Assembly: GCA_038087875.1 (NCBI GenBank)
Contig: CM075989.1
Location: forward strand, 10,108,001-10,172,000
DNA: 64,000 bases
Source of the DNA: Malacoraja senta
Taxonomy: Eukaryota
Direction: 5' to 3'
In this document: positions 62,231-64,000 of the stretch, one piece after another
How positions within the stretch are numbered: position 1 is the first letter of the stretch
Layout of the letters: each line of letters opens with the position of its first letter
Program-made: the position numbers and the translations under genes
The notes under the pieces: model-generated
What the model was told of the DNA's origin: nothing
What the model saw: the letters and a program-made list of their open reading frames with translations, nothing else
Databases searched by the model: none

Positions 62231-63782
62231 AAGAATGTGAACACGCTGGTCGATCAAATCCATATTTCCTCCATCCCCCATCCATCAATCCCCACCTCAG
62301 GGCCCCTGTTCCTATGTTTGTTTTCAGAGAAAATTCACCACACAAGCCATTCGGCCCATCAAAGCTGTGCTGCCCGAGAAACAGAAAATGCTGAAAACAT
62401 TGAGCAGATCAGACTCCAGCTGTGGAGAGAGAAACAGGGTTAATGTTCAAGATCACAGAAGCATTGGAAGGTTTAGTCAACAGTGGGAGCTTGCTGTGTG
62501 TATGAAATCAAGATCAACTCCCTCTGAGAAACTTTGATGGAATGAGTTATGTGTGGTTCCATGAGGCGCACTAGAAAATTGTGGCCAACGAAAAACTTAC
62601 CTCACTGGCAACTGTATTCAATGCGAGAAAAGAATTGTTTTGCTTTTGATGTAAGATTCTTAATCTGAAAACTGGCATTTCTATTATTATTGAAATTGCC
62701 TGTCTGTCTCGGGAAAGAAGGTTTATTGAGGTTTTAATATGTCAGAGTCCAAAGCTGCACAAAGTTTAAAAGCAATTTTTTGCAGTTATGTGTTGTAATT
62801 GTTATAGTCCTGTAATTGAATCGTTTTGCATGACTAACCAAGGAGACCACATTTTATAATATAGAACTGGTTCAGGCTCTCCAGAATGTACAATAGAGAG
62901 AGAGCAACAAGTCAGCCTAAACATTAAAGGCTTTCTACATGAGTAACATGATTGAGTGACCAAAATAATTCTGCTTCAAAATGTAAAGGTGGGCCGTGGA
63001 GAAAAATCAGCTCAGCTGGATCCTGTCAGAGCAGTGATCCTTCCTATAATGGCTTCCACTTGCATTCACTTCTGCCTATTGGGGTTCACCTTAGTCCAGA
63101 ACCCTGGCTGATATTTCTGAGGGAGTGTGGCACTGAGCAAGGGGATATAGAGCTTCCCCCCTTTCCCTCAACTCCTCCCCCTGACCCTCGCTGTGATCAT
63201 TAAGGAGCCTGTGTAAGTAGAGTATCGGTGTGTTCAAGAAGCTCTTCCAAGATTGCCACATATGTGAGAGCCGGTGTCACATCCCCAGCAACCCAGGTTC
63301 GACCCTGTCCTTCGATGCTGTGGTTTGGAGTTTGCGTACTCTTCCCATTACCAGTTTTCTCTGGTTTCCCCCCACATCCCAAATAAATGCAAGATGCAAG
63401 AATATTTGACCACTGTACATTGCCCCGAGTGTCTAAGTGAGTAGGGGAACCTGGGGGGAGTTGATGGGGACAATACAACATGGAGAGTGTAAATGGGTGG
63501 TTGATGGTCAGAAAAACCTAATGGACTACGGGGCCTGTTTCCATGCTCAATTTTCCAATAATTCTATGACTGGACTTGATCCCTGCACTCTCCCCTGATC
63601 TGTAGTGCCTACTCTCAGATGTTGGAATGAATGCAGATAAACACATGATACCAGTTCAAAGAAGGTCAGCAGAGTTCTTCCTGCTATCCTGAACAATTAA
63701 TTGCTCAATCAACATAATTAATAGCTATTATTGGATCATTTCTGTTTTAGTGGAAAGTGCTTTGCGTAAATTAGCTACATTT

Positions 63783-64000
63783 CATAGAGTGGATGTGGAG
63801 AGGATGTTTCCACTAGTGGGAGAGTTTAGGACTGGAGCGCATAGCCTCAGAATTAAAGGACATTCTTTTAGGAAGGAGATTAGGAGAAATTTCTTTAGTC
63901 AGAGGGTGGTGAATCTGTGGAATTCTGAAGGCTGTGGAGACCACGTCTGTGGATATTTTTAAGGCCGAGATAGATAGATTATTGATTAGTACAGGTGTCA
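63783..64000 (+). mobile_element. CR1-type LINE fragment running off the window
   Basis: RVDVERMFPLVGE.RT..HSLRIKG, FFSQRVVNLWNS. Confidence 0.88.

Overview
Eukaryotic, repeat-dominated genomic DNA. The mix of V-SINE/HE1-like SINEs, CR1, Rex/Babar, L2 and Penelope-like fragments suggests a cartilaginous fish such as a skate or ray (inference). I could not support any host protein-coding exon, so the window reads as intronic or intergenic, and most ORF-track entries are chance or repeat-derived. The main object is a full-length ~5.1 kb DIRS-type tyrosine-recombinase retrotransposon (29585-34710). It has inverted terminal repeats plus an internal complementary region, gag, RT, RNase H, a DNA N6-adenine methyltransferase-like domain and an uninterrupted tyrosine recombinase ORF. 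Its gag carries an 18-aa tandem repeat and is frameshifted by a 13-bp duplication, and its RT is inactivated. Also present: a decayed IR/DR-type Tc1 transposon (5706-7268), four PIF/Harbinger-like MITEs with shared TIRs but different interiors, a hAT-like MITE nested in a Penelope-like element, many Penelope-derived ends carrying minimal hammerhead ribozyme motifs (several as head-to-head palindromes), GC-rich non-autonomous retroposons with LINE-type tails, and a 23-bp minisatellite. No CRISPR array, rRNA or bona fide tRNA gene was seen. The systems found belong to known classes; any novelty is in details. Coordinates of decayed repeats are approximate, and family names come from recognition rather than a database search.
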